The position numbers were made by a program, and so were the translations under genes. The notes under the pieces are model-generated. The model was not told where the DNA came from. It saw nothing but the letters and a program-made list of their open reading frames with translations, and made no database searches. From Chlamydiota bacterium (GTDB lineage Bacteria > Chlamydiota > Chlamydiia > Chlamydiales > Parachlamydiaceae), in contig JABDFJ010000004.1 of NCBI GenBank assembly GCA_013286645.1, positions 12-64,011 on the forward strand: DNA of 64,000 nt, written 5' to 3'. Shown here piece after piece: positions 17,273 through 27,078 of the stretch. Within the stretch, counting starts at the first letter, position 1, and each line of letters begins with the position of its first letter.

Positions 17273-20131
17273 TTACCAGCGGGCTTCTACCCCTGCTAAG
17301 TAATTGAAGGAAGAAATCCTTTCCCAACGTTGTCCAGAAAATTCCCCATAGAGTGTCCATCCTTCCATAATTTCTTTAGAAATGGTGACAGCTCCTTCAA
17401 AGCTATTGCGCTCTTCAGAGACCCCTTTAATCTTAAAGGGCGTGCCAAAGGCGCGAAAGCGCTCATTGAGGTGATCTTGTCTCTCGGTAAAGCGATATTG
17501 CCAGGCTAAATCTACACTTAAGGCTAAGTCATCACACAATTCTTGTGTGAGGTGCAAACCGAGGCTACCATAAGCATTGAAGAGGTGCTTCTTAAACACC
17601 ACTAAATCTAGTGAATCGGCGCCATGTTCCGAAAATTTGTCGCGCTGGGCATAGCTCAGCTCCACACCAAGAAAAGGCTGCACGAGGATACATTCCCAAC
17701 AGAAATCTTTACCTGCCTCCAGATAGAAGGTGCCTTCATAAATTTGAGGCTTGCTGTGCGCTGTGCGCCTGATGTCTCCAAAGTCGATATGACGCTTGAC
17801 TTTGTTGTCGCTGGCCCCAAAGATAGCATCGGCCATCACATAGTAGTCACAAGGACGATATAACCCGTAAAGTCCACCTAAATAGGTATGATTAGTACCA
17901 TCACCATTACCTCGATAGTGCACGTGATCGAGCGCATAGCCAGCGGCAACACCTACAGTTAAATTCGACGCAATCGCTGCTTGTCCACCGCCAGCGAGTT
18001 CAAAACCGCTAGTCGTAAAGCGTGCTTCATGTTGGTTGCCGCGCACGAAGCTGCGGCTGCCGCCCACTTCAAACCAAAAGTCTAGCTCACAATTGGCCGG
18101 ACAGCAGTCGCTTGCGCAAGGCACCGTGGTGACGAGCGCGCGTACTGGGTCGTAGAGACGTTTTAAAAACTGACGGTTGGTGATCTCGGTTGTCAGCAAT
18201 TCGCTGAGGTATTGCTGTCCTGTCATTTGGTCTAGTGCCTTACTAGCTTGATGTGGCGATAGCCCCACCAGTGTGTTCAAAATCAGCGTTTCATCCACAT
18301 TGGGATTGACGATGCTATCGAGTTGCTCGGCTACAGCTCTTTCATTCGATGTTTCGGCTGCATTGACCAGCGTGGTTTGCACGCTAAAGAAGGCATCAGT
18401 GGCATCATACGATAGGATTGCACCCACAAGCGTATTGTCGGTAATGGTTGAGCTAACGCCGGCAAATGTCCCACTTAGTCCATTGACGGCATGCAAGATG
18501 TCATATGGGGTGTTGAGCTTATATTGTCCATCTGTCGAGGCGACGACCACTTCGCCTCCTTCCAGCGAGGCACTTCCTGCGACATTGATGAGACTGCTAG
18601 CGCCTGTCTCATCGATTTGCACTTGATAGGTCGTGTTGGCATGTTGCGAGTAGTTGCCACCTACATTTAAGGTGCCAATGCTATTACCTGGAGCGATGGT
18701 ACCTCCTGTGGCTACGGTCAGGTTGTTTTGCACTATACCTATACCTTTGAGGATACCCGTATGGGCAACTGTCGTACTGCCACCACCTAGGGTGGTGTTT
18801 AACACCAGTGCACCAGCATTGACAAATGTCGTGCCGTTAAAATCGGCTACGTTTGAAGTTTCCTGACTAAAAGTGAGAGCTTTAGATCCATCTTTAAGCA
18901 CTTTACCGTTACCAGCGATAGTGCCGTTAAAGGTGCCATCGGCATTATCTAGAGTAAATTGCAACGTCGCCTGGTTATCAATCGAGCCTTGTAAGGTTTT
19001 AGTATTACCTACCAACGTACCATCCAGGATAGTAGTTCCCCCACTATATGTGGATATGCCATCGAGGATCAAAGTGCCGCTGCCTTGTTTGATTAAGCTG
19101 CCAGTACCGATAATCTCACCTTTGAATGAGCTCTCAGTAGTATTGACAACTGTCAGCGTGCCACTACCCAAATTGACTGTACCGCCATTAGTGTCGGAAT
19201 CAAGTCCCGCAATCGTATTGGAAAAGTTATTAAGATCTAAGATGCCTATCGATTCACGCACCGAGTTACTTAAAGCTACTGCTGAATGTGGCGAAAAAGC
19301 ATCGTCTGCTCCCGCTCGCAATGTGCCATTAGGAATCTGTGTTATTCCACTATAGGTCACAACATTGCTACCTGCCAATGTAAGAGCTGAAGGGGGAGGA
19401 GGGGGGCCAAAGTTGGACTCTACTCCAATTTCTAATTTTCCCGTTCCTGATATGCTACCATAATAGGTCGTGTCATTTTCCCCAACAATAACCAGTGTGC
19501 CACTTCCCAATAACACCGTGCCTGACGTGGCTGCATAATCAGCCAAGGTTAATATTTCGACAATATGGTTATTAAGATCTAAGGTGGCGCTGCTACTTAG
19601 ACCATCGCCTAAAATGACCGCTGAGTTGAACGAAAAACCGAAATCTGCTCCGGCTTGCAATGTGCCGCTACGCACTAACGTGTCGCCGCTATAGTCGGTG
19701 CCATTAAAAAAAACGCCTTCCAAAATCAATGTGCCAGTATTTTCCATAGTGAGTCCAGCCGTGCCATTTAAAGGCAGCTGGATATCTACCGTAGAATTAG
19801 CATCCCCGCCCGCTATCAATATACTAGAGCTGACATTCACTGGATTGCCCATTAAAGTATATGAGCCGCCATTGGGAGGATTGATGGTCATGCTATTGGG
19901 CTGTACGAATTCATCATTATTGGAGATAAAGCGAGTGACACCACTAGCCGGAAAAGTCATGTCGCACCCATCGTTCGGGGATTCCCCCGGAGGGATGGAA
20001 GTCCAATTGGTTGGATCGCTCCAATTTTCAGAGGTGAGGCCATTCCAGGTGATCATTTGGTCAGGTATAGCTGTTAAGGAAGCGCTCATTACAAGCAGCT
20101 GGCAGGTCGCGAGGGCAAACTTCTTATGCAT
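17273..20131 (-). CDS. Pmp-like autotransporter with autotransporter-associated beta-strand repeats
   Basis: Signal peptide MHKKFALATCQLLVMSASLTA (ATG 20131 behind GGAGAA). Multiple G(S/T)GTL.(L/V).G..TYSG.T.I..GTL repeats. The C-terminal beta-barrel domain ends LAGVEARW. Confidence 0.8.
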   Translation of the reverse strand: MHKKFALATCQLLVMSASLTAIPDQMITWNGLTSENWSDPTNWTSIPPGESPNDGCDMTFPASGVTRFISNNDEFVQPNSMTINPPNGGSYTLMGNPVNVSSSILIAGGDANSTVDIQLPLNGTAGLTMENTGTLILEGVFFNGTDYSGDTLVRSGTLQAGADFGFSFNSAVILGDGLSSSATLDLNNHIVEILTLADYAATSGTVLLGSGTLVIVGENDTTYYGSISGTGKLEIGVESNFGPPPPPSALTLAGSNVVTYSGITQIPNGTLRAGADDAFSPHSAVALSNSVRESIGILDLNNFSNTIAGLDSDTNGGTVNLGSGTLTVVNTTESSFKGEIIGTGSLIKQGSGTLILDGISTYSGGTTILDGTLVGNTKTLQGSIDNQATLQFTLDNADGTFNGTIAGNGKVLKDGSKALTFSQETSNVADFNGTTFVNAGALVLNTTLGGGSTTVAHTGILKGIGIVQNNLTVATGGTIAPGNSIGTLNVGGNYSQHANTTYQVQIDETGASSLINVAGSASLEGGEVVVASTDGQYKLNTPYDILHAVNGLSGTFAGVSSTITDNTLVGAILSYDATDAFFSVQTTLVNAAETSNERAVAEQLDSIVNPNVDETLILNTLVGLSPHQASKALDQMTGQQYLSELLTTEITNRQFLKRLYDPVRALVTTVPCASDCCPANCELDFWFEVGGSRSFVRGNQHEARFTTSGFELAGGGQAAIASNLTVGVAAGYALDHVHYRGNGDGTNHTYLGGLYGLYRPCDYYVMADAIFGASDNKVKRHIDFGDIRRTAHSKPQIYEGTFYLEAGKDFCWECILVQPFLGVELSYAQRDKFSEHGADSLDLVVFKKHLFNAYGSLGLHLTQELCDDLALSVDLAWQYRFTERQDHLNERFRAFGTPFKIKGVSEERNSFEGAVTISKEIMEGWTLYGEFSGQRWERISSFNYLAGVEARW

Positions 20132-20216
20132 TAAAATTCTCCAGTATTTCTTTTGTGAGTTATTCTCCATTTATGAAGATGTAAAGAATATTTTGTCAAA
20201 AGATAACTCGCAAGCA

Positions 20217-20878
20217 TGGACGACATGGACTGCATGGACTGAATGGACGACATGGACGATATGGACAAAGCACGATCTCGCGTTTGGAGCTTCAAAGAAG
20301 CGGCCAGGTGTAAAGCCCACAGTGTAGCGCTGCCGGCGCAAACTGTGGGAATACGAAAACAAATATAAAGCTCCAACGGAGCGGCCAGGTGTTCTTCCAT
20401 GACATGACTACAGCACATCTGGTCGCTCCTTTGGAGCTCAGATCATTTTTTTGTGCGACCCACAGTTTGCGCTGGCAGCGCTACACTGTGGGCTTTACAC
20501 CTGGCCGCTTCTTTGAAGCTATAAGTGCGCCATGACGCTTTGTCCATGCCGTCCATTTCGTCCATGTCGTCCATTCGAGGTGATTGCATAATTCCCGTTT
20601 AATCGATTTTTGGATGATTTTGGCAAGATTCGCCATTTTGCGCAAATCCACATACTCTTGAGAGTAGGGGATTTGCGCAAAATGGCGAAGATTGGCGAAA
20701 GCGCCAAAAAGCGATAAACGGGAATTATGCAATTACCTCATTCAGTCCATTTCGTCCATGTCGTCCAAAAATTGGTGTCAGGCCTGCGATTTGCGATTTG
20801 ACATGTTCTTAGAAATACTATGAGAGGGAGCAAATCACAAATCACAGGCCTGACACCAATTTTTTCTCGGCCTCTACA
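20217..20878. repeat. 660-bp spacer made entirely of concatenated repeat modules: tggac block, family B (20286..20520), gtcca block, family-A core (20577..20739, inverted), gtcca block, family E (20768..20878)
   Basis: tggacgacatggactgcatggactgaatggacgacatggacgatatggac at 20217..20266. The family-B arms are near-identical to 7425..7659. The A core is the reverse complement of 4541..4703. The E element is an inverted copy of 271..389. Confidence 0.9.
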
Positions 20879-22316
20879 GCGTGCTTGAATGGGCCTGCTG
20901 CAGGCTGGGCTTTGCCAAGCGCACATACACAGACACCACTACATAGGCCAACAACGAGCAGCTGGCGCCGAAGGTGGCAGCAGAAAACAAGATGTTTTCG
21001 CCATCTGAAAAGAGCTGCTGCCCATGATAGAGGATATAGCCCGCCCAGCACACCAGCCCACCTAATAATGCTGCCCAGGCAGATGGGCGCGTCGCGCCCT
21101 TCCAGAACAGTGCCGCTGAAGCTGGCACGAAGATCGACACAAAGAGGGTCGCTCCCGAATGGACCATCATGTCGAAAATGGTCTGGCCACTTAATGCCAA
21201 CGCAAAGGAAAGCATGGCAATGAAAATATTTGTCCAGCGTAGATACGATATTTTCCGCTTTTCGTTCGCCGTAGGCCACATTTCTAAGATGATATTTTTG
21301 GTAACAAGTGATGTACCTGCCAGCAGATAGCTATCCGCCGTGCTCATGATAGCTGAAAAGATGCCGCAAGCAAAAATGGTAAATAGCAACGGCGAAAGAT
21401 ATTCTTTGGCCAAGAGCGGCATCAACAGTTCAGGGCGTTCCAAAGAGGGAAAGATATCCCTGCCGGCCAAACCGATAAATAAGGGAATCATGCCCAGCAA
21501 CAAATACAAAAAAGCTCCCACAATAGAACTATAACGAGCTACCGCAATCGAACGACACGCCAAGGAACGCTGAATGAGATCTTGTCCCATGATCGCCCCA
21601 AGTCCCGTCATCAAGATTCGTCCGCTATATGCAAGCCAATCAACGCTAGCTTGATTTGAGGGCAGCAGCGTAAAAAATTCATTGCGAAAGAGGGTGAACA
21701 AAGCATCATGATCTGGCGTATGGGTCAAGCTCACAGGCACCAGTAAGGCTAATCCCAGCATCAGCAATCCTAGCTGAATGAAATCGGTGATACTCACCGC
21801 CCACATCCCACCAGAGACCGTATACACAACGACAATCATCGAGCCAATGAAGATCCCCATTTCTGCTTCCATGCCAGAGACAATGTGAAAGATATACCCC
21901 ATAGCCAACATCTGCGAAGCCAAAGTACCAATGTAGAAGGGTATCATCAAGACCGTCGCCACCCGCTCGAAACGGGCTCCATAGGCCTGGCGCAGCAAAT
22001 CTGAAATCGTGGTGAGCTTCATACGCCTAAAAGGGGCGGCATAAAATAGACCTGTAATCAGCAGGGCTAAAGAACACCCAAAAGGATCGGCTAACACACC
22101 GAAATAGCCGTTAGAATAGACTGTCCCTGAGACCCCCATACATGAGCCAGCCCCAAACCACGTGGCGACAATCGTGGGTACCGCCAAATAGAAGGGCAGA
22201 CGCCGTCCAGCAATCAAATAATCATCCATCGTATTGACACGGCGACTGGCAAGATAGCCGACTGCGAGCATCAGTAGAAAATAGAAGCCTGTGCCGATTA
22301 GGAAAATTGCGCTCAT
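20874..22316 (-). CDS. Sodium:solute symporter family (SSF) transporter
   Basis: Polytopic membrane protein. DYLIAGRRLPFYLAVPTIVATWFGAGSCMG is typical of the PutP/PanF/SglT family. ATG 22316 overlaps the hemB stop (ATGA). Confidence 0.8.
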   Translation of the reverse strand: MSAIFLIGTGFYFLLMLAVGYLASRRVNTMDDYLIAGRRLPFYLAVPTIVATWFGAGSCMGVSGTVYSNGYFGVLADPFGCSLALLITGLFYAAPFRRMKLTTISDLLRQAYGARFERVATVLMIPFYIGTLASQMLAMGYIFHIVSGMEAEMGIFIGSMIVVVYTVSGGMWAVSITDFIQLGLLMLGLALLVPVSLTHTPDHDALFTLFRNEFFTLLPSNQASVDWLAYSGRILMTGLGAIMGQDLIQRSLACRSIAVARYSSIVGAFLYLLLGMIPLFIGLAGRDIFPSLERPELLMPLLAKEYLSPLLFTIFACGIFSAIMSTADSYLLAGTSLVTKNIILEMWPTANEKRKISYLRWTNIFIAMLSFALALSGQTIFDMMVHSGATLFVSIFVPASAALFWKGATRPSAWAALLGGLVCWAGYILYHGQQLFSDGENILFSAATFGASCSLLAYVVVSVYVRLAKPSLQQAHSSTL

Positions 22317-23377
22317 GGGCAATCATCGCCTTTGAGCAAACGCTCGGCCATCTCGCGGGCGGCATAGGTGAAGATAAAGTCCGCTCCGGCGCGTTTGATC
22401 GCATATAAACACTCTTTCATCACGCGATCGCCATCGATCCACCCATTCAGGGCGGCGGCTTTCACCATAGCATATTCCCCACTGACATGATATCCACCTA
22501 CAGGAAGGTCTGTTCTTTCGCGCACCTTAGCAATAATATCGAGATAGGCCAGGGCAGGCTTAATTAGCAGCATGTCAGCCGCTTCATACTCATCTAGAGC
22601 GCATTCGATGAGCGCCTCACGTGCATTCGCTGGATTGAGCTGATAGGTTTTCTTATTGCCGAATTTCGGCGCTGAGCTAAGAGCTTCGCGAAAGGGACCA
22701 TAAAAGGCAGACGCATATTTGGCAGCATAGGCCAAGATGCTGACGTCGACGAAACCAGCTTGATCTAACGCCATACGAATGCTGCCGATGCGTCCATCCA
22801 TCATATCGCTGGGGGCTACGACATCAGCCCCTGCCGCAGCCGCCAGTACTGACAGCTGTGCCAAGATAGCTACCGTCTCATCATTGATCACGTCCCCTGT
22901 TTCATTCACCACGCCATCATGCCCATGACTCGTGAATGGATCGAGGGCTATATCTGCCATGACACAGAGTTCAGGGAATTCCGTTTTCAAGGCCGCGATA
23001 GCACGCAAAAATAAATTATTTTCCTGCAGTGCCACTGTGCCCCATGCGTCTTTATCTTCGCTGGCCATGACAGGAAAAAGATCGACGGCTTTGATCCCTA
23101 GATTCAAGAGGATTTCTACTTCTTTTAGTAGCAAGTCAATCGACAGACGATAGACACCTGGCATGCTGTTAATGGGTTGCTTTTGGGCTTTTCCATCGAT
23201 GACAAACAAGGGAGCCACAAAATTGCTGGGATGTAAACGCGTTTCTTGCAACAGCGCACGCATAGCAGGGGATTTGCGATTGCGGCGGGGGCGTTTAGGC
23301 AGATCGATCAAAGGAGGTTGCGGTTGGCGGATCCATGTCGCCGCATTAGAAACATCAGAATCGGTTGTTGTATGCAT
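22313..23377 (-). CDS. hemB: Porphobilinogen synthase (delta-aminolevulinate dehydratase)
   Basis: RPRRNRKSPAMRALLQETRLHPSNFVAPLFV, plus the active-site region ...DIALDPFTSHGHDG... and ...SAFYGPFREA.... Full-length HemB-like. Confidence 0.9.
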   Translation of the reverse strand: MHTTTDSDVSNAATWIRQPQPPLIDLPKRPRRNRKSPAMRALLQETRLHPSNFVAPLFVIDGKAQKQPINSMPGVYRLSIDLLLKEVEILLNLGIKAVDLFPVMASEDKDAWGTVALQENNLFLRAIAALKTEFPELCVMADIALDPFTSHGHDGVVNETGDVINDETVAILAQLSVLAAAAGADVVAPSDMMDGRIGSIRMALDQAGFVDVSILAYAAKYASAFYGPFREALSSAPKFGNKKTYQLNPANAREALIECALDEYEAADMLLIKPALAYLDIIAKVRERTDLPVGGYHVSGEYAMVKAAALNGWIDGDRVMKECLYAIKRAGADFIFTYAAREMAERLLKGDDCP

Positions 23378-23530
23378 AAATTGTTTACCTTAGTTTGTTA
23401 ACAAATAATGCTAACAATGATGTGATTATGATTCAAGGATTAGCGATTTTTCTAGGCAATAATATCTTTTTTTTTGATGATCGCTATTTTATAAAAAAAT
23501 ATCACTATATGTCTTTACAGTGAGGAAAAT

Positions 23531-25072
23531 ATGTCAGTACGAGTTCCAGTAGGCAGCAGGAGCCCATATGACTCCTTTGCCACGCCATCTTCCGTGGTTG
23601 CGACCCTCCAAAAGCCGACAAGCCCCCTATCTCTCAATGAAGTGCAACTAACACCGCATCCTAAAGAATCGGAGGAAGATTCTACGACGAGCACACATTC
23701 CTTAAGTAGCCTAGGCGGTGGTCTTGGCCCGCTACATAAACAATATTCAACAGCAGATTTGGTTGACATTATCAGTCAACGGGACACCACCAGAGACCGT
23801 TTAGCACAACTACGTGAGACCAAAGAATTGTCTCAAAGACAATCTATCGTTCCAGAAGCACTCGCGCTGGTTGACCCAAAAAAAACACTCAAGCGCTTAG
23901 ATGATGACACGTTACAGCGAAGCACTTCCATCTGGGATTGTGGCAGACCCAAGATTACATTAGAAAATTTGCAAAGTAGATTACTGCTTCGTAAAAATTT
24001 CATCCAAGAAATCGCTGAGACATTAGGGCAATTTATGAAGAAAAACCCTAATCCTACAGCGGCGGACATCAGCCCCTACAAAGACATGCTCACAAGAGCT
24101 AGTCACTATCTGAACGGCATTCGAATCGACGCTATACTAAAACTTGATGAACTTTTTAACGAAACTATCTGTTGCGGACAGATTTCTAAAGAATGGGCTG
24201 CTTCCGAAGTAGTGACTTATGTCCAATATGTATCGGGCTTAACAACTCTCATAGCTGCACTTGCTACCGCTATTCTAGCCTCACCTATTGCCGCTCTAAT
24301 CACTATAGGAACAACAGCTGTGGCTAGCGCATCGACGGTGGCGAAAGATGACGCAGTTGAATATAAAGAAACCATCAGAAAAGTCTCCGAAGTGTTAGAA
24401 GGCGCGCAAGCCTCACACAGTCAAGTTAAAGTAGCCAAACAAGTCTTAAAAATGCTAATGACCTCACGAGAACAAAATATGCAATATGCAGCTGCAGAAT
24501 TTGAACATCGCATCGGTTTTATTCCAAAGGAAAGCAAATTGCGCGAAGTTCTCACTTGCGAACAAGCGACCCACCTCTACCATAGCGCTTCGACAAGCAC
24601 ATCTGCCACTTCACCAACGCATCGCACAACGCCCATCGGTCAATCGCCTCCAGAACGCCCTCCAACGGTTTTACAAGCTAACCAAAATCAACAGATTTCA
24701 CAACTCCAACAGCAAGTCGAGGAGTTAAGTCAACTTATCGCTGAAATGAGCCGTAGCTATGCAGCCACTAAGCCTGAAAGGTCGCATATCTCAAGATATC
24801 ACGCCTCAAAAGATGATGATCTTGGGTCTGAAGTGCGTGAAGGCGATCCGGGTGAAGAAGAAATCGAGACAGACACTGGTCACACTAGACCTACTGATAC
24901 CGAGCCCACACATCATTCACGCAGCAAAGAAGAAAAAGCAGATCCTCGAGACGTTACCTACGACTTTGTCGATGGCACCGAAGAACTACCCGAGGAACCA
25001 AACGGTCGCCCTAACGTACCTCATAGACAGTGTGATATGCTGCCCTTCGGCTTGCACCCATCACGCCATTGA
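23531..25072 (+). CDS. Hypothetical protein with a central bilobed hydrophobic domain (Inc-like candidate) and an acidic, low-complexity C-terminus
   Basis: About 44 uncharged residues, VTYVQYVSGLTTLIAALATAILASPIAALITIGTTAVASASTVA (about 24212..24343), are flanked by long hydrophilic regions. GAGGAAAA Shine-Dalgarno. No recognisable enzyme motif. Confidence 0.5.
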   Translation: MSVRVPVGSRSPYDSFATPSSVVATLQKPTSPLSLNEVQLTPHPKESEEDSTTSTHSLSSLGGGLGPLHKQYSTADLVDIISQRDTTRDRLAQLRETKELSQRQSIVPEALALVDPKKTLKRLDDDTLQRSTSIWDCGRPKITLENLQSRLLLRKNFIQEIAETLGQFMKKNPNPTAADISPYKDMLTRASHYLNGIRIDAILKLDELFNETICCGQISKEWAASEVVTYVQYVSGLTTLIAALATAILASPIAALITIGTTAVASASTVAKDDAVEYKETIRKVSEVLEGAQASHSQVKVAKQVLKMLMTSREQNMQYAAAEFEHRIGFIPKESKLREVLTCEQATHLYHSASTSTSATSPTHRTTPIGQSPPERPPTVLQANQNQQISQLQQQVEELSQLIAEMSRSYAATKPERSHISRYHASKDDDLGSEVREGDPGEEEIETDTGHTRPTDTEPTHHSRSKEEKADPRDVTYDFVDGTEELPEEPNGRPNVPHRQCDMLPFGLHPSRH

Positions 25073-25104
25073 CATTGCGCTAAGTGTCAAATGAAGCCAT
25101 AAAA

Positions 25105-25480
25105 AAAAGGACCTAAAGAGGTAATTGCATAATTTCCGTTTAATCGATCTTTGGCGCTTTTGTAATCGTCTCGAATGGGCTCTACCTCCGAAAGAGACGA
25201 TTACATTAGTTTAGGCTTCAAACTAAATCCTGAGACTTGATAGCCCGGTGCTTTACCCCTGAAAGGGGTTACGGCTTGTAGCCCAGGGTAAGCGACAGCG
25301 CAACCCTGGGAGATTTATATTAGATGTTGTACCCCAGAAAGGGGTACGGGCATACTATGTGCGTTGCGGACAAAAATGGCCCGCACCCCTTTCTGGGGTG
25401 CTATATTGTATTCTTATATACCCAGGGTTACGCTGCCGCTAACCCTGGGCTACAAGCCGTTACCCCTTTCAGGGGTATAA
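25105..25480. repeat. Family-A 5' fragment plus family-H nested palindrome (25242..25480)
   Basis: aaaggacctaaagaggtaattgcataatttccgtttaatcgat, followed by arms cccctgaaaggggttacggcttgtagcccagggt... and ...accctgggctacaagccgttacccctttcagggg, with inner hairpins (ccccagaaagggg/cccctttctgggg). Confidence 0.8.
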
Positions 25481-25558
25481 TACAGCAGATTTTTACTTAT
25501 GCAATCATCTCTAAAAGAGCACGGTCGCTTAGTCCTTTAGGTCGTTTATCCTTTAAGC

Positions 25559-27031
25559 CTATTCTTGATCGAAATCGAAAGCTTTTAAGATGTTATTGGC
25601 CGCAGCATCGCGCGACGAAAGCGGACGCAAGCCCCAGCGGTCTTCAATAAACTTCAAAATCGACACCGTTTCATAGCACGTATGATCGACATGCCCTTTC
25701 TTTGCAAAAGGGGAGATGATGATTGCTGGAACGCGTGCGCCTGGACCAAAACGATCTACAACAGGTGGGGAGACATGATCCCACCGTCCCCCATTCTCAT
25801 CATATGCAATGATGATGGCACATTCTTCCCAGATAGGACTCGCTTGGATGGCTTCTACTATGTCGACAGTGAAGTTCAGCCCCTCCAACAACGATCCCTT
25901 GCCAGGATGTTCGCTGAATTCATCAAGGGTGCGAATAAAAGAGACTTCAGGCACTTGATTTTTGGCCAGATCGGCATAGAAATTATCGAGATCGAAAAGG
26001 TGTTCAGCCCTGCCCTTGGTTCCCGGGGCATATTGTGGGAAATAGACAGGAGCTTGATGATGGAAAGCGAAGGTTGGTGCCGGATGCCCCGCCAAAGCAG
26101 CATCCCACCCTTGGGCATACCACTTCCAAGAGACCCCCTTTGCGCTCAACCTATCACCAATTGTCTTATAGTGCTGAGGAGGCACCCTCAGCTCTGCAGG
26201 CACCCCAGCCAAATAGGGTTTGAAAAAGGGCTGGGCATCATTGATGGCATATCCATCCAAAGAAACTAAGCCAGGAACGACATCCACATTTCCGGGCGTG
26301 ATTTGCACAACAACGGACTGTGGCGCATTCGGCCAGACAGGCATGCGACCAGCGAAGAGCCAAAGCACGCCGCACATAGAGCCACCATAGCACGAGTGGA
26401 ACCAATTGTCACACAGCACATACTGTTTCGTGAGCTCTCCCATGCGTGTGTTGATGATGTCATAATAGCTCATCGCCAAACCACCCGCAGTACTGTAGGT
26501 AGCGAAGCTGTTCATCTGTCCACCATTGATTTGGTACTGCTCATAGTAGAAATCGTGGTTGAGGTTGCCCGTTAAACCATCGATGGGCAGATAGGGCTGC
26601 AAATCAAAAGGGCCATTAGGTAAATAGGTGGGGATTTGAGGGTAGGGCTGACCGGTGGCTAAATTGATCACGGGCACCGAATTGGTAAAAGGAATGCCAT
26701 TGAGATCGATCTGTTGCCGTTGTTTACGTGTGGAATGTTTAATCCCATGGGCACCAGGAAAGAAACCATACAAAGAATCAAAAGACCAATTCTCTTGCAA
26801 CAACACGATTAGGTATTTGATTTTTTTCGAGGCTTCGATTCGCTCGTCGCTAAAAAAGACTCTTTTAGGCGGTTTCCTTTTACCATCATTGACGCCAACA
26901 CTTGGCATTTCTGTGGATGAGACGCGCCTGGCATTAGGGGGAATCGCAGAGGCAGAGCGCTCCTGGTCGCTTGCAAACAGTCCACCAGAAAACACTAGAA
27001 AGCTCATGATCAGCCAACGCAACTTTGACAT
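25559..27031 (-). CDS. Phosphoesterase family protein (AcpA-type acid phosphatase / non-haemolytic phospholipase C family), exported
   Basis: Signal peptide. LIVLLQENWSFDSLYGFFPG matches the ENRSFDxxFG motif of the phosphoesterase family. 490 aa, similar in size to AcpA. Confidence 0.75.
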   Translation of the reverse strand: MSKLRWLIMSFLVFSGGLFASDQERSASAIPPNARRVSSTEMPSVGVNDGKRKPPKRVFFSDERIEASKKIKYLIVLLQENWSFDSLYGFFPGAHGIKHSTRKQRQQIDLNGIPFTNSVPVINLATGQPYPQIPTYLPNGPFDLQPYLPIDGLTGNLNHDFYYEQYQINGGQMNSFATYSTAGGLAMSYYDIINTRMGELTKQYVLCDNWFHSCYGGSMCGVLWLFAGRMPVWPNAPQSVVVQITPGNVDVVPGLVSLDGYAINDAQPFFKPYLAGVPAELRVPPQHYKTIGDRLSAKGVSWKWYAQGWDAALAGHPAPTFAFHHQAPVYFPQYAPGTKGRAEHLFDLDNFYADLAKNQVPEVSFIRTLDEFSEHPGKGSLLEGLNFTVDIVEAIQASPIWEECAIIIAYDENGGRWDHVSPPVVDRFGPGARVPAIIISPFAKKGHVDHTCYETVSILKFIEDRWGLRPLSSRDAAANNILKAFDFDQE

Positions 27032-27078
27032 AACACACCCACCTAAAATTTATTTAAGGTCACACATTACAATAATTT

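Noticed and set aside
18873-19355. Long antisense ORFs inside large CDSs (18273..18626, 18873..19355, 19698..20327, 25682..26269, 8202..8693, 41252..41698, 54252..54632, 57737..58147 and others)
   Set aside because: Each overlaps a well-supported gene on the other strand and has no family resemblance. Such ORFs are expected by chance in long genes with biased codon use.
20171-20362. ORFs translating the tggac/gtcca modules into WTTWT- or VHVVH-type peptides (also 19698..20327 C-terminus, 20738..20926)
   Set aside because: These are low-complexity translations of oligonucleotide modules in an intergenic repeat chain, not genes.
20842-21279. 145-aa same-strand ORF overlapping the 3' part of the SSF transporter gene in another frame
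   Set aside because: The transporter frame is continuous and family-typical across this region. The alternative frame gives an Arg/Gly/Cys-rich product with no family resemblance.
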